A DNA stretch of 63,758 nt, filler included, from Reticulomyxa filosa (taxonomy: Eukaryota > Protista > Foraminifera): the NCBI GenBank assembly GCA_000512085.1. It is 15 parts of 15 records of this genome, joined end to end, with 100 filler letters (N's around TTAATTAATTAA, not from the genome) between each part and the next. Parts side by side here need not be neighbours in the genome. Positions count along the whole stretch, not along the records: positions 37,954 to 39,605 come from ASPP01050762.1; positions 39,706 to 41,548 come from ASPP01028082.1; positions 41,649 to 58,627 come from ASPP01004645.1; 12 more parts are not named here. The stretch is one strand, 5' to 3'. The position numbers and the translations under genes are program-made. The notes below the pieces were generated by a model, which was not told the origin of the DNA, searched no databases, and saw nothing but the letters and a program-made list of their open reading frames with translations. Shown piece by piece: positions 38,268 to 51,023 of this stretch (positions are counted from its first letter, which is position 1; each line of letters starts with the position of its first letter).

Positions 38268-39062
38268 GATATTCCAAAGTGTATCAACGAAGTTTTGGAA
38301 TGCGAATGGATACTTTTTTGCTGTTTATATTGCTGTTGGTGCTGCAGCGAGTTCCCAGCGATAATGGCAATTATGACAGCAATCTCAGCAATATCGATGG
38401 TTGCATACATGAAAGCAAACGTGGCAATATCATGGTCGAATTGTTGCTAATGGAAATCCAATATCTCGTCGAATCATGGAAGCCATACTTTACAACGCAC
38501 GTATCTATCATTTTTCCAATAAAAGTATTTGTTCGTCTTTGAACAAATATTTATTAATGATGGCGTGCATTAAATGTGGATCATATTATTTCGTTTTGAA
38601 TGATGTAGAGTTTAAAAAAAAAACTGGAGGTCCATATTGTGTACTGTGATTCATGATGAATTGAAAGTGGTGAGTTGGCTATTATCGTGATTATATTTGC
38701 AATCTGTATTCCAAGTTATGATGTTTTTTTGTAATGTGATTGAAATATGTATGACAATACGTACGTATATAACATAGGTCTGCAAAGAATATAATACCTG
38801 TCTATCAAGAACTTGGAAAGTAGCTGTTGTGGTTGCGGTGTCAAGCAAGGGTGAAAAAAAGTACAAACAACGCAAAATTTATGGCATATTTGATCGCAAG
38901 TATTTAACGCTTGCATCACATTTTTTGATTGAAAATGTATCTTTTTGTGTAAATTGTGCTTTTTTGAATTTTTCTTTTAGTGATGATTGTAATGTCCCAC
39001 CTCCAGCTCACTTGACTTCTTTAATCAAATCATACCATCGTAAAAAAATTTCTGGACTTTAA
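38268..39062 (+). CDS. Possible exons of an unidentified gene (strand and frame unresolved)
   Basis: Open frames follow ag acceptors at ~38268 and ~38777, but a minus-strand frame with a hydrophobic stretch is also possible. Confidence 0.25.
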
Positions 39063-39705
39063 TATTTTAAATTAAAAGAAAGCGCGTTGGACTGTGCGAA
39101 ATAGAAATTGATTCTTGTCACTATTGGCAAAAAAGACTTCGAGTATTATCTTCTTGCTGCCATGTAGGTGTAGATGAAAAGAAGAATACGTATAATATGA
39201 AGATGATAAAGACAATTGCGAGAAAGAACTTGCATTGTAAGCGTTTTTGTATCACAACCAATGTAAGAGAACACGTATTTTCCTCAATGTTCGATTTTTT
39301 TTTTATTTTTCAAAGGCTTCACTGCAATGACAATTGAAAATATTGATAAAGCAAAGAAGAAAAAACATTAGAAGATTTAATTCATTGAGATTATTTTTGT
39401 ATGTTGTAGGTCAGGTGTTTGTGGTGGCATGGGTTGTACATATTTTTTTTTGTCACTATTTTTTTTTTTTTAAATATTCATAAAATTTGGGATCTCCAAA
39501 TGCAAGGTTCAGTTCACTTTCACCAATACTTTTGAAGGTGTTGCCTCAACAATAGCGGACGCACACATTAATTTCAACTTTCTAGCATCGCTCCAATCCC
39601 GAAAGNNNNNNNNNNNNNNNNNNNNNNNNNNNNNNNNNNNNNNNNNNNNTTAATTAATTAANNNNNNNNNNNNNNNNNNNNNNNNNNNNNNNNNNNNNNN
39701 NNNNN

Positions 39706-41548
39706 TGCAAATGCAAATGCAAATGCAAATGCAAGTGGATCAACAGATGAATGCATACCACCCATTCTATTAGCATGGAAGACACATGCGCTTGAAAACA
39801 AAGAGATGAGAGAACAGCTATTGGACTCGAAAATGGAAGTGGAAATGCAAATGACACAAGTGGAGTTGGACATATTGGAAACGGAAGAACGCTTCCAACG
39901 ACTTCAAAATGGGGAGGAAGAGGCCGTGGAAACACTGAGGAAAATCCAACAGCAGAAAAAAAAAATTGAAGTTGAAAAAGCACAATTGCATGACAAAAAG
40001 CAACAACTCGCGGCATTGTTGCAATCTTCTTCCTCCTCTCCGACACAACAATTTGCCGAGGAAGGCAAAACCGATGGCTCACTATTACCGGATGCCGATT
40101 TGCAGCAGTCGATTCAACTCTATGAATTTCTTATTGATTTGTTGCGATCGCCTCGATTACTTACACAATTGCGAGAGCTCCATTTGGCAGCAAAGTGTGG
40201 TTATCACGCCCCTGTTGTTGTTTCGGCTCCGTCTCAATCGCAATTACAATTACAATTACAATCACAATTACAATCACAATCACAATCAAAATCTCAGTCA
40301 CAATTGCAATCTTGTCAAGTACAATCCGGATTGGGTGAACCCTCTTCCAAATCGACGGCTGGTGCCACGTCTGTATCGCCGCCCACTCCTGCGGCTTTGA
40401 CGGTAAACGTGCCAATACCCCCTCTGTCAATGCATGCCACGCCTTGCACGCCGCCCACTTGTACGCCCATGACAGATGTGTCCAATCTTACCCCGTTCAA
40501 TATGTCCGCCACGTGTCCTGTCGCCTCCCCCTTGCCCGTCTTGGCGTCTTTGCCGCCCTCAGCTATCCCTATGTCAACTTCAAATACCTCTCCACTGCCA
40601 AGCTCGACGAATGCACCATTGCCTGTTTCTCTCGCTGCTCCACTACCCACTTCCAACGTAGCTCCATTACCTACTTCCAATGTGGCTCCATTACCTACTT
40701 TCAATGTGGCTCCATTACCTACTTCCAATGTAGCTCCATTACCTATTTCCAATGCAGCTCCATTACCTACTTCCAATGTGGCTCCATTACCTATTTCCAA
40801 TGTAGCTCCATTGCCAGCTCCACTATCTACTTCCACTTCTGGTGTAGCTCCATTACCAATCCCCTTGTCTACTTCCAATATGGCCCCATTGCCAACTCCA
40901 CTGCGCACTTCGAATGTGGCTCCATTACCAACATCGATAGCCATTGCTCCATTACCAGTCTCATTACCAGTCCCATTGCCTATCTCAAATGTAGCACCTT
41001 TACCAGCCCCACTGCCCACCTCAAGTATGGCTCCATTACCAGCCCCACTGCCTACTTCTAATGTGGCTCCACTACCCACGTCCAATGCAGCCCCATTACC
41101 GGCTCCGTTACCCACCTCCAACGTAGCCCCATTGCCGACTTCGCTGACTGCGCCATTGCCGCGTATGGCCCCAGCACCGTTGCCCATTTCAAATGTTGCG
41201 CCGCTGCCCACGTTCAATGTGGCTCCATTGCCAGCCTCTGGCGTGGCTCCATTGCCATCATCGACGCTTGCTCCATTGCCCAGTCTGAGCACTGCGCCGT
41301 TGCCAAGGCCGTTATCCAATGTTGCCCCAGTGCCATCCACCACGGTCGCTCCCTTGCCCAGCAATGCCCGCGGAGGCATAGCGCCTGCTCCAATTCCAGC
41401 CCCTTTGCCCATGAGCGCCCCACTGCCTATGAGTGCCCCTTTACCCATGAGTGCCCCTCTACCCATGAGCGCCCCTCTACCCATGGGTGCCCCTCTGCCT
41501 ATGAGTGCTCCTCTACCCATGGGCGCTCCTATTCCAGCTCCTCTGCCC
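39706..41548 (+). CDS. Coiled-coil followed by an extensive APLP-repeat region (fragment; both ends at gaps)
   Basis: Contig-long open frame: coiled coil (ETEERFQRLQ..KKQQLAALL), a QS/QL tract, dozens of APLPTSNV-type repeats, then APLPMS repeats. Confidence 0.75.
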
Positions 41549-42374
41549 NNNNNNNNNNNNNNNNNNNNNNNNNNNNNNNNNNNNNNNNNNNNTTAATTAA
41601 TTAANNNNNNNNNNNNNNNNNNNNNNNNNNNNNNNNNNNNNNNNNNNNGAGAGCCTGTCTTTGTCAATAATGAGTGGAGAGGGTCTCTTATTGACCCTCT
41701 CATTGTTGGCCAAAAACTTAAAACCTCACTTATCCTTGCTCAATCTTTCATTTTTTAAATTTCACATTTTTTAACTAAAACAAAAAAAAACTGTTTTTTT
41801 TTTTTTTTTTTTTTGCTTCTTTTTTTTTATTAAAAAAAATAATATAGCCGAATCATATTGTTTCTACACAGTTCATTGTCACTTTGTTCCAATTATGCAA
41901 CATTTTCAAGTGTCACTCCAAAAACGCGCAAACATGTCTTTTTTATTTTGCGAAAGTGTTTTTAACACAATTCTTGTTTTTTTGATATATGAAAGGATTA
42001 AGGAAGGGAGAGGGGAGGGATAAAAACAATCGGCATTGTTTGGTGTGTTTTAATATCCCACATAATTGTCCCCTTAGTTTTTAATTTTACGTTTAAGTTT
42101 GTTTCTCAGTGCATTGTTTTTTAAACAATTATAATTTTAAACTTGTTTATCTTCTTTCTGTAGATTATCTCAAATTTAAAAAAAAATTCAATTTTTTTTT
42201 TTGTTACACGAGTAATTAAAAATCAATCGGTCGTGCAGGCAGAAAGCAGAACGTTTAGCTTGTCCAACAACGTGGCCATTAAGCCCTTTTTGCTTAAAAA
42301 AAAAAATTACTTAACTTTCGTTAGTGTTTGATAGCTGCTTCTTGTCTTTTGCAAGAGTACAATTGTGGCAAGTA

Positions 42375-43331
42375 ATGTTCGAATGTGCTTTGATTCAAGG
42401 TGAATTATTCCGCAAGCTGATAGCCTCAGTCCAAGATTTGGTCCAAGACGGGAACTTTATGTGCGATGCGAATGGAATATCCTTACAAGGAATGGACAGC
42501 AGCCACGTCGCATTAGTCGCGTTGGCGTTAAAGAAGGAGGGCTTTGTGGAGTATCGTTGCGACCGAGATGTGACATTGGGAATAAACTTTGCGAATTTGG
42601 CCAAAATGTTGAAGTGCATGGGTGCCAAAGACCGCTTGTCAATACGTGCGCAAGACGAAGGTGACAGTGCGTCATTTGTCTTTGAAAGCGAAGATAGTTC
42701 ACGAGTGAGCAACTTTGAATTGAAACTTATGCAAATTGACCAAGAACAACTAGGTGTTCCAGAAACGCAATACAAAGCTGTTATCCGAATGCCAAGTTCC
42801 GAATTCCAAAGAATTTGCAAAGATTTGTCTGCCATTGGAGACACTGTTTCCATCAGTGTCACCAAAGAGGCTGTCAAATTCAGTGTTGGCGGTTCGTATT
42901 TTTTTTTGTTTTTTTTTTTTTTTTAAATTTGATGACTCAGCAAAAATCAAAATATTACTTTTTTGAAAACGTTACAAATTAGTTGCTCGGATTTTCTTTT
43001 TTTGTATTTTATTTTATTTTTTTTTGTGAAAATTGTTATGTTTTAAAACAACAAAAAAAAAGGTGATATTGGCAGTGGTGACATGTCGTTGCGTCAAAGT
43101 GAGAGTGGAGATGTTGATGGCGATGATAGCGAAAAGGTAATGATTGAATTGGAAGAGCCAGTTCAACAAAATTTTGCTCTGCGCTACTTGAACAACTTCA
43201 CAAAGGCCACGGCATTGAGCAAAACAGTGACCTTATCTTTGGGGACTGATATGCCTTTGGTCACTGAGTACAAAATGGACAATTTGGGATCAATCCGATA
43301 TTACCTGGCTCCCAAAATTGATGAAGAGTAA
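42375..43331 (+). CDS. PCNA: Proliferating cell nuclear antigen (2 exons)
   Basis: MFECALIQG..GISLQGMDSSHVALV..YRCDR..FELKLM..MPSSEFQRICKDL..TKEAVKFSVGG|DIGSG..FALRYLNNFTKATALS..YYLAPKIDEE*; intron 42892-43063. Confidence 0.98.
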
Positions 43332-43992
43332 CTTGCCGAAACCTTAAACGTGATTTTTTTCTTTTTTTATGGAATTTTTTGATTTTCGTTGTATGAGAAC
43401 TTTTTAAAAAGTGTTTGTTTCAGTCTTCTTTATTTAATCAAAACTTGTACGAACGTTTCTTATTTCAAAATCTAAAAAGTTTTTGGTCGTGCTCTTTTTC
43501 ATATTGTAACAACCAAGCATCCTCATCATTCTCTCAAAAGAGGGTGTATTGTACTTTCCTTTTGCTGATTTAAATAATGCCAATTTTAAGACAAGGCTAT
43601 TTAACAAGTAGTTAAAAAAAGCAACACATGCAATTGCTAATACCTGTGATTAACATCACGTTGTGTATTAATTAACTTTTACAATACTTTGTTCATTTAT
43701 AAAATAAACCTTTTCGATTTTTCTATCTCTTGCGTAGGTCTATCTTCAAGGCAAAATGAACCAAGGCTTCCTGAATTTAACTGTGGTCTTGATATGGTTT
43801 TGTTAATCAACAACAAAGCCATATTTTATTAAAAGTTTTAAATCATTATCTTCATTACTACTTTCAAATAACGAACAAAAACTCGCGAAGGAGAACCAGG
43901 GGACTTGGAGACAAATTAATACTTCTTGTTTGCTTTTTTTTTTTCCAATTTTAATCAACCTCTAACCATTACAAATTGGGAGAATTTGTCAA

Positions 43993-46900
43993 ATGTTAAC
44001 TGTCAATTTCGTTGTTGGGGCCTTGGCTCTTCTGAGTTTAAGAAAAAAGATTTTTCGCAAGTTTTTTTTATTATACGTGTTGTATGATACAACGAAATAA
44101 ACCATAAAACAAAGGCGCTTTTTTATCACGAAGTAATGCTGCTTCGTGTTCTGCATACACGAGTTCCTCGACTTGCGGTGCCACCACTGTTTGTGCGTGG
44201 AATTCCACTTCTAAGATATGCTGTAAGTTTTTTTTGTGTTTGTAATCTCTTTTTATACGTTTTTCTCCCCCTTTTTTCATCCAAAAAAACCCCGATCTGA
44301 CGGTGTTTGATGGAACAAATTTTGGAACAAATTTTGAACGTGCGCTTTAACAGATTGTAATGCAGTCGTAGATTTTGAAGTCGTGTTTGTCATGGATGCC
44401 AGTGGTAGTGTTTCGTACAATGGATGGAAGCAGGAGAGATCCTTTGTCGCAGGAATGGTGACCTCTGGTTTGACCACAGCATCATACGTTGGAATAGTGC
44501 AATTTTCTTCACTGGACAAAGTGTACACCAACTATACTTTCAACAAGGATCAAACCAGAACAACTATCTCAAACCAAGTGAAAAATGCGTGGTATACTGA
44601 AGGAAGCACTGCAACATGTTAAATTTTTTTTATTTTTATTTTTTTTATATTGTTTGATTTGATTGATGTTTTCATAGCAACGGCAATGATTAATGCTGTC
44701 AGCATTTTTACGAAGTATACCAAACATTTGCCTCGTATTATTATGCTCGTCACTGATGGTAACCCAAATCCACCTGACGAGGAAAATCCTTGCGACACAT
44801 CAGGAGCTAACAAAAACGCCTCGTTACGTATACTATAAAAATTTACAAGTATTTTTTTTTTTTTTTAAGAAAAATGTTTTTCTTTTCCAAACTTTTTAGA
44901 AAGTTGCGGGCGAGCTTGAAGACTTGGAATATCACTACGATCATGGTGGCTGTGGGAACCAAGATCAGCACGTCGACTCTGTCTTGCTTGTATAACAACA
45001 ATCCCGCTCAAGTCATCTCTGTATCAGACTTTTCCGCAAATGCACTGAGCGCGGCAAGAGCTCAAACCGATGCGTATTTGTGCCCAACCCAAACGGATGT
45101 AAAAATAAGTGAATTGCGAGTTGATGTCAGCTCCTCAGGACAAACTGGTGGAAATGCACGATTTTTGGAATTGTACAACAATGGTGTAATTTTGGATTTC
45201 AGCGGAAACAACTTGGTTTTGTCCGGCTTTGTGAATGGAAAAGTAACCACAGGTTCAGTGTCCAAGGGACAGTACTTTGTGTTGTATGACAACACAAACA
45301 CGGACATGAAATGCTGGAATTGTACGTGCGGCGCTACAAAGGATTATGCCGCAGGTTCTTTGGGATCAAACAAAAGATGTAGCAATGCTGTGTACATTCC
45401 TTGCGGTGGCAGTGGAGGACAAGCATGTTCATTTAACACATCAATGGTAAATTAGTTTTTTTTGATGGTATCTATGTAGGAGCTTAAAAAAAAAAGAACG
45501 TGTGTACAAATTGAAAATAATAGACAAATAGCAAGTGGAAACAAACTGTGTCCGATTCCGTTGATAAAGTAACCTGGGTGAACATATACCAAGATAGCTC
45601 GACAAACAACTTGGCAACAGTTTCTAAAGGATATACTTTTGAGGTTATTGATATTTCTTCAAGTTCGGCAGTCGCGTCGAATTGGCAACGATCATGCACG
45701 CCATACGGAACACCTGGTGACAAACCTTTGTCCACCTGCACGCAAGGCTGTATTCAATCAGTCTGCCAAAGTACTGGTGATACAAATGCCATTTGCAATT
45801 CTGGAGTTTGCGAATGTACGGCATCGAACCATTACTATTCCCAAGGAAAACAATGCGCGTTGTTGGCGCCACCAACCACTTGCGTTACTTACGTCGAAAA
45901 AGATGATTATGGCAACCAATTTGGTACAGTTGCATTTTCTGATGTGAGTTTAACATACAGCCATGAATTCCGAATTACGTACCGACTTTCTGGAAGTGAT
46001 GAAACGGCCACCACTCAAAGCACTTACTATGTCTACACAGCAGGTTCGACCGGAATTGACCCCGTGAATGATCCTGCCCCAACAGTCAAAGTTGCAATTA
46101 CTGCGGATGCATATGGAAGCACTGTGGTTTCGGCAGCAGTAACGTGTCCTTTTGTTACATGGGCTCCCACAAAAATCCCGACCAAATCACCGACAAAACG
46201 ACCAACCAAAAGACCAACCAAGCCACCAACTAAAGTTCCAACAAACAGACCAACCAACAGACCAACGAAACGTCCAACAAGTCAGCCCTCCAAAAGACCA
46301 ACTACCCAGCCAACGTCTCATCCAACAGTCAGTGGTTATCACATCACTGATTGTACCGTTGTTATAACGGCAGGAACTACCGACCAAACAACGATTTCGT
46401 ATACGTTAAGCAAGTCCACTACTGTGAGTGACTCTGATTTATCCTTGAGCTTGCAATTGAACTTGAACAATTCGGCTGCACAGACCGGCTATACTGCACT
46501 CAGCTCATCTCCATCTTCAGTCACAGTTGCAGGTGCCGCAGCAACAACGTTTTACTTGTGGCCAAAATACCGACAGTATGCCGCAACAGGACCATATACC
46601 GGTTTCAGCAACGGAGCGTATTGCACTGTGGTTACTTCAGCACCAACAAAGGCGCCAACAAAACGACCAACTACCAATCCTACCAAAAAACCAACTTCAA
46701 AGCCAACTTCAAAACCAACTCGTCGGCCCACTTTGCGTCCTACTCTCCGCCCGACTTACAAACCCGTTGAAGTCACTTCTTGCAATATTTTGTTGGGTAA
46801 ATATGACAAAAATGGCAAAATTACAACCGCTAATCTTTCATTGACTGAACCAACTCTCGATTCGACAACTCCTTCTTCGAGCGATTTGGCATACGTAGTA

Positions 46901-47992
46901 TCGTGGCGCGACGTTGCCCAAGACAGTATTGAATCACAAGGAAGCGGGAAGACGATTAATACTCCATTCTCAGGAATTGATATTCTTCCAAGTGATACTG
47001 TGTCGATAACAGCTGTATTTAGTGATTCAGGAGATGCTGCTGGTAGCGCTGTTGACTGCACCATTTCTACACTTGCACCAACTCGTTCTCCTTCTCCAGC
47101 CCCACATGCCCCAACTCAAGCTCCTGTCATTCCGGATATCACTTTGACTTTAGATCAAGATAAATGTTCACCTGGTACCAAAGATAGCACAGGCAAAGTG
47201 GTTTATGTTTGCTCGTATGAGGCAAGTGCAACTGACACCAAAATCGAAGTTGACCTTACAACAGGATCAACGCCGTTTGATGTCAACTTTAAATGGGACA
47301 TTATTTTTGATCCAAGCTTAGTGGAACCAAACTTCACATTAGGTGATGATGCCATTGCACCAGCAGCTGATTTAAAAAACACATTGAATGGATCAGGTAC
47401 AATTGAAAGCCACACAACGGGAACAACTTTCTCGATATTTATTGTTGGAAAGAGTGATGCTAATTGTTCGGCGGAAGTTGCTTGGTTACGATTGAAGACT
47501 TGTACGTATTTGGGCAGTTCTGACTGTTTTGTGGCAGCCGGTGAAAATGAGGAAAAGCATTTCCGAATTGCAATTACAAAAGATTCCAGTGGAAACAAAA
47601 ATGTTTCTAGTAAATCAAAAGGAAAATTGCCTTCATGGATTTGGTATCCAATTGCTGCCGGTATTTTAGTGTTAGCTGGTTTGGCCGCGTTTGGCTACAT
47701 GTATTATAATAAACGAAAATTAGCCGAAGAACAATTACAACAAAGAGAAGCCGATCTCCAACAAGCAGAAGAGTTGGACAACTTGGACAACTTTGGCGCA
47801 TTGGGTGACAACATCACTTTCAATCCAATTGCTACTGCAGGTACTCAAGACGTTGCTACCGGAGGAGAATATATTGACAAGCAATTGGCGAAACAGCAAA
47901 AGCACGCTGAATTTGCACAAGTTGATGTCGACAAAGAAGTGTGGAGACAAGATTTTGGACAGGTCAAGGCTGACCGACACTCCGAAGTGTAA
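43993..47992 (+). CDS. Type I membrane protein: signal peptide, Cys-rich module, VWA (MIDAS), lamin-tail domain, EGF-like, PT-repeat stalks, TM, cytoplasmic tail
   Basis: MLTVNFVVGALALL; CSAYTSSSTCGATTVCAWNSTSKIC; VVFVMDASGSV..GIVQFS..GSTAT..MLVTDG; VKISEL..FLELYNNG..LDFSG..GQYFVL..NWQRSCTPYGTPG; CNSGVCEC..C; (PTKR)n; WIWYPIAAGILVLAGLAAFGYMYY. Confidence 0.85.
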
Positions 47993-48698
47993 AAAGAAAT
48001 GAAAAAAATGGTTTCATTTATTTTTTTCAAGTTTTGTTTGTCGTTTTTTTTTTGTGTCGAAAATAATTGGGTTACAAGTCATTTTTTTCCCGTTACTTCA
48101 ACTTATTATCAAAGATGATTTGCTTGCCAAAGTCATATATGCTGTGTTTAGCTGATTTTTTTCGAAAAAGCGCTCGTGTTATAAACATTTTTATTTTTTT
48201 ATTAGGATACTAAAAAACTGGTGTACATTGGAGTGTGTTTTTTTTTCGTCGTTGGAAATGGCATATTCTCATTTTTCAAAGTGATCTCACTTTGTTTAAA
48301 ATATCGTGGTCAGGCTTGAGAAATAAATTGCCATTATTTCATTAAAATATAAAATTTTTTAAAATTGTGTTTCAGCAAATTTTTGGACAAAATGAAACTT
48401 TAAATTTGAGAATTGTCTTTTGTTTATTTTTAAAAATGAAGAAGGACCAGTTTGGACTCGTCGGTTCTAAAGCCACATCTTTAAAAAAAAACAAGTGCCA
48501 CTCTTTTAAAACGCAATCAAAAATGATCAGACGAGAAATGAAGTTATTGTTGCTTTATTTTAGCTAACCATGCCCAACCATCTCCAAGGCAAGCATTAGA
48601 CTCGCAAAAAAAAAAAAATTACAAACAACATACAACCTCAACAATATATTCATGTTATGCAAACACTCTGTTGCATGGATGAGTGTGATAGTATTTCC

Positions 48699-50351
48699 TT
48701 ATTCGTTAACTTTCGCATCAACTCCTTCTGTTGCTTTGCTCTGTTTAAGCTGTTTTGATTGCTTTTTATGAAGCTTTCGGATGTCCGCCAAATATTCGTG
48801 ATTCATTGCATCAAAGGCACTTATTCTCTTTTCAGGGTTGTACTGTAAAAAAGCCTCCAACAGGCTCAGGCCTTTGCTGTCTAACATTGGAAACATTTTG
48901 CTCAAGTCTCTAGCTTCGTAAGGGGGGAAGTCGGACTGTTTATTTCAGATCATTGTAACAATAATAGCAGCAACAAAAAATATGACTTCACAAAGAAGTG
49001 AAAAAAATGGTAAAACCAATTAACTTTGAATTGTGGCAGCTTTTCCATATCTGGCCATTGTTCCAACGTGGGAGTGCCCAAGAGTTGAAATATTTTGAAT
49101 AGCTGATCTTTTTCCGACGTTCCAGGAAACAATGGACGGCTTGTCAGCATTTCAGCAAAAATGCATCCTATAGACCACATATCTACACTGGTGCTATAAT
49201 GTTTGGAGCCCATCAACACATCAGGTGGTCTGTACCATAATGTCACCACTTCATGAGTCAAACTACGAACCGGAATGCCAAAGGCCCGTGCCAATCCAAA
49301 GTCAGCCAACTTCAGTTGTCCATCCTTTCAATCAAAAACATCCAGTCAAGTACAACATCTTCCCTGCCCTCCTCCTCTCCTTTCTGTCTGCATACATAAG
49401 TAGATGAACGTTGAGATAAGTAGGATAGGGGGGGGGGAGGAGAAAGGAGGAAGGAATAAACAAAACCAAAAAAAAAAAAAAATATGTATTTGATACTTTT
49501 TTCTTTTATTCCTTCGCCTCCTTGTTGATATAATTGATTACATACATTTGTGATTAGAAGATTTTGCGGTTTCAAATCCCTATGCAAAACGCGACTCTTA
49601 TGGCAGTAATGAATACCATCACACAATTGATATAAAAATGACTGTATTCTCAAAATCAACCAAAACATTCAATCATTTTCCAGCCCTCAGTCATTATTTT
49701 CACAAACTTTCCTCAATATATCCCTTTCTCCCTCCTTTTTTTTTACTTCAATTAATTCCCAACAAACAATGACTTCTGAAGAGGGGGGATATAAAAAAAA
49801 ATACAAAATTAAAAAAGTTCTTTTTTTTTTGTGCGCTTTCTCGCGAGCATCAGCACATATACATATACATACATATATTTTTTTAACAATTTACAATTAC
49901 AAACAACAAAAAAAAAGACGCACCTTGCATTGCTGTATCTTCAAACCCTTGTTGTCACCGGTAGTGTCCATATGTTTTTTCAAATCTTTGTCTAAAAATT
50001 CAAATACAAGTGTTAATCTTTTCTCTGTATGTACAACATCGTATAACCTGTCCAAACGTTCATTTTTTTATTTGTATTTTTTTTAAGTCCAATTTAGTTT
50101 TTTTTTGATAAAAAAAAAGGGTCTCTTTTTTATCAACTTACTAACACGTACCTGACAATGTTGTTGTGTTGCAATTGTTTAAGCAAAGCAATTTCGCGTA
50201 TTGCAGTGGACGGAATGCCTTCGTCTTCCGCGTCTAAACGAATCTTTTTTAGTGCCAAAACGTCTCCAGTTAACTTATCTTTTGCTTTGTAAACTATGCC
50301 ATAGGTTCCCTCACCAATTTTTCCCAATTTTTCAAATCGTTCAGTGAACAT
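48699..50351 (-). CDS. PSTAIRE-type cyclin-dependent kinase (CDC2/CDK5/PK5-like, 5 exons)
   Basis: [87 protein letters not shown]. Confidence 0.96.
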
Positions 50352-51023
50352 TGGAACCTGTCACAGAATGATCTTCTTTGATGTGTGACACTTGAAAGGG
50401 CACTCGCCAAAAATCAAACTTTTCGACTTGCAAAAGCACAAGTTTTTCTTTTTTTTGCCACCGAAACGCAGTTGTACATTTTTTCTTAAAAAATGATGAA
50501 TTGAGTAAATAGTCTTAAAGAAAGTTTTATCTCAAAGTTAAACAAACCCAAGTAAAAAAGAGTGAATTATCCGACGTAAGCTAGTGTGTGGAATGTCTGC
50601 TTCTGTTGAAAGTAATAAGTAACATAAAAAAAACAAATAAAAACTTTTACAAACCCATAGCAAAAGGAATTGGACTGTTAAATCTGTTTTATTGAACAGT
50701 ATTTTTTGACTTGCAAACCTTTAACTCCTTTACCCACTTTTTTTCACTAAATTTGTTTTGCTTGTTTTTTGTCTTTCTTTTCTCATTTTTAATTAATTTC
50801 GCTTTTATTGAAATTTACTCAAAGAACAAAAATCTTTGGTGTTATGTTTTACATGTTAAAAAACTTTTTCTTTGAAACAAGTGTAACTACAGCAGGAAGA
50901 AAAAAGAAGCATTAACATAATATAACACAAAAAAGTACAAAGTAAGCTTGAGTATTAATCAAGTTTTAAAATTTTACACTATGTTATTTGACAAAAAGGG
51001 AAAGACCAAATGTCTTTTTAGTT

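Noticed and set aside
40315-41520. 401-aa minus-strand GNGA-repeat ORF resembling a beta-helix or autotransporter
   Set aside because: It is the antisense shadow of the APLP repeat; the plus frame is open across the whole contig and includes a coiled coil.
39706-41548. Calling this gene a formin
   Set aside because: No FH2 domain is visible, there are no polyproline runs, and the sequence after the gap is unrelated.
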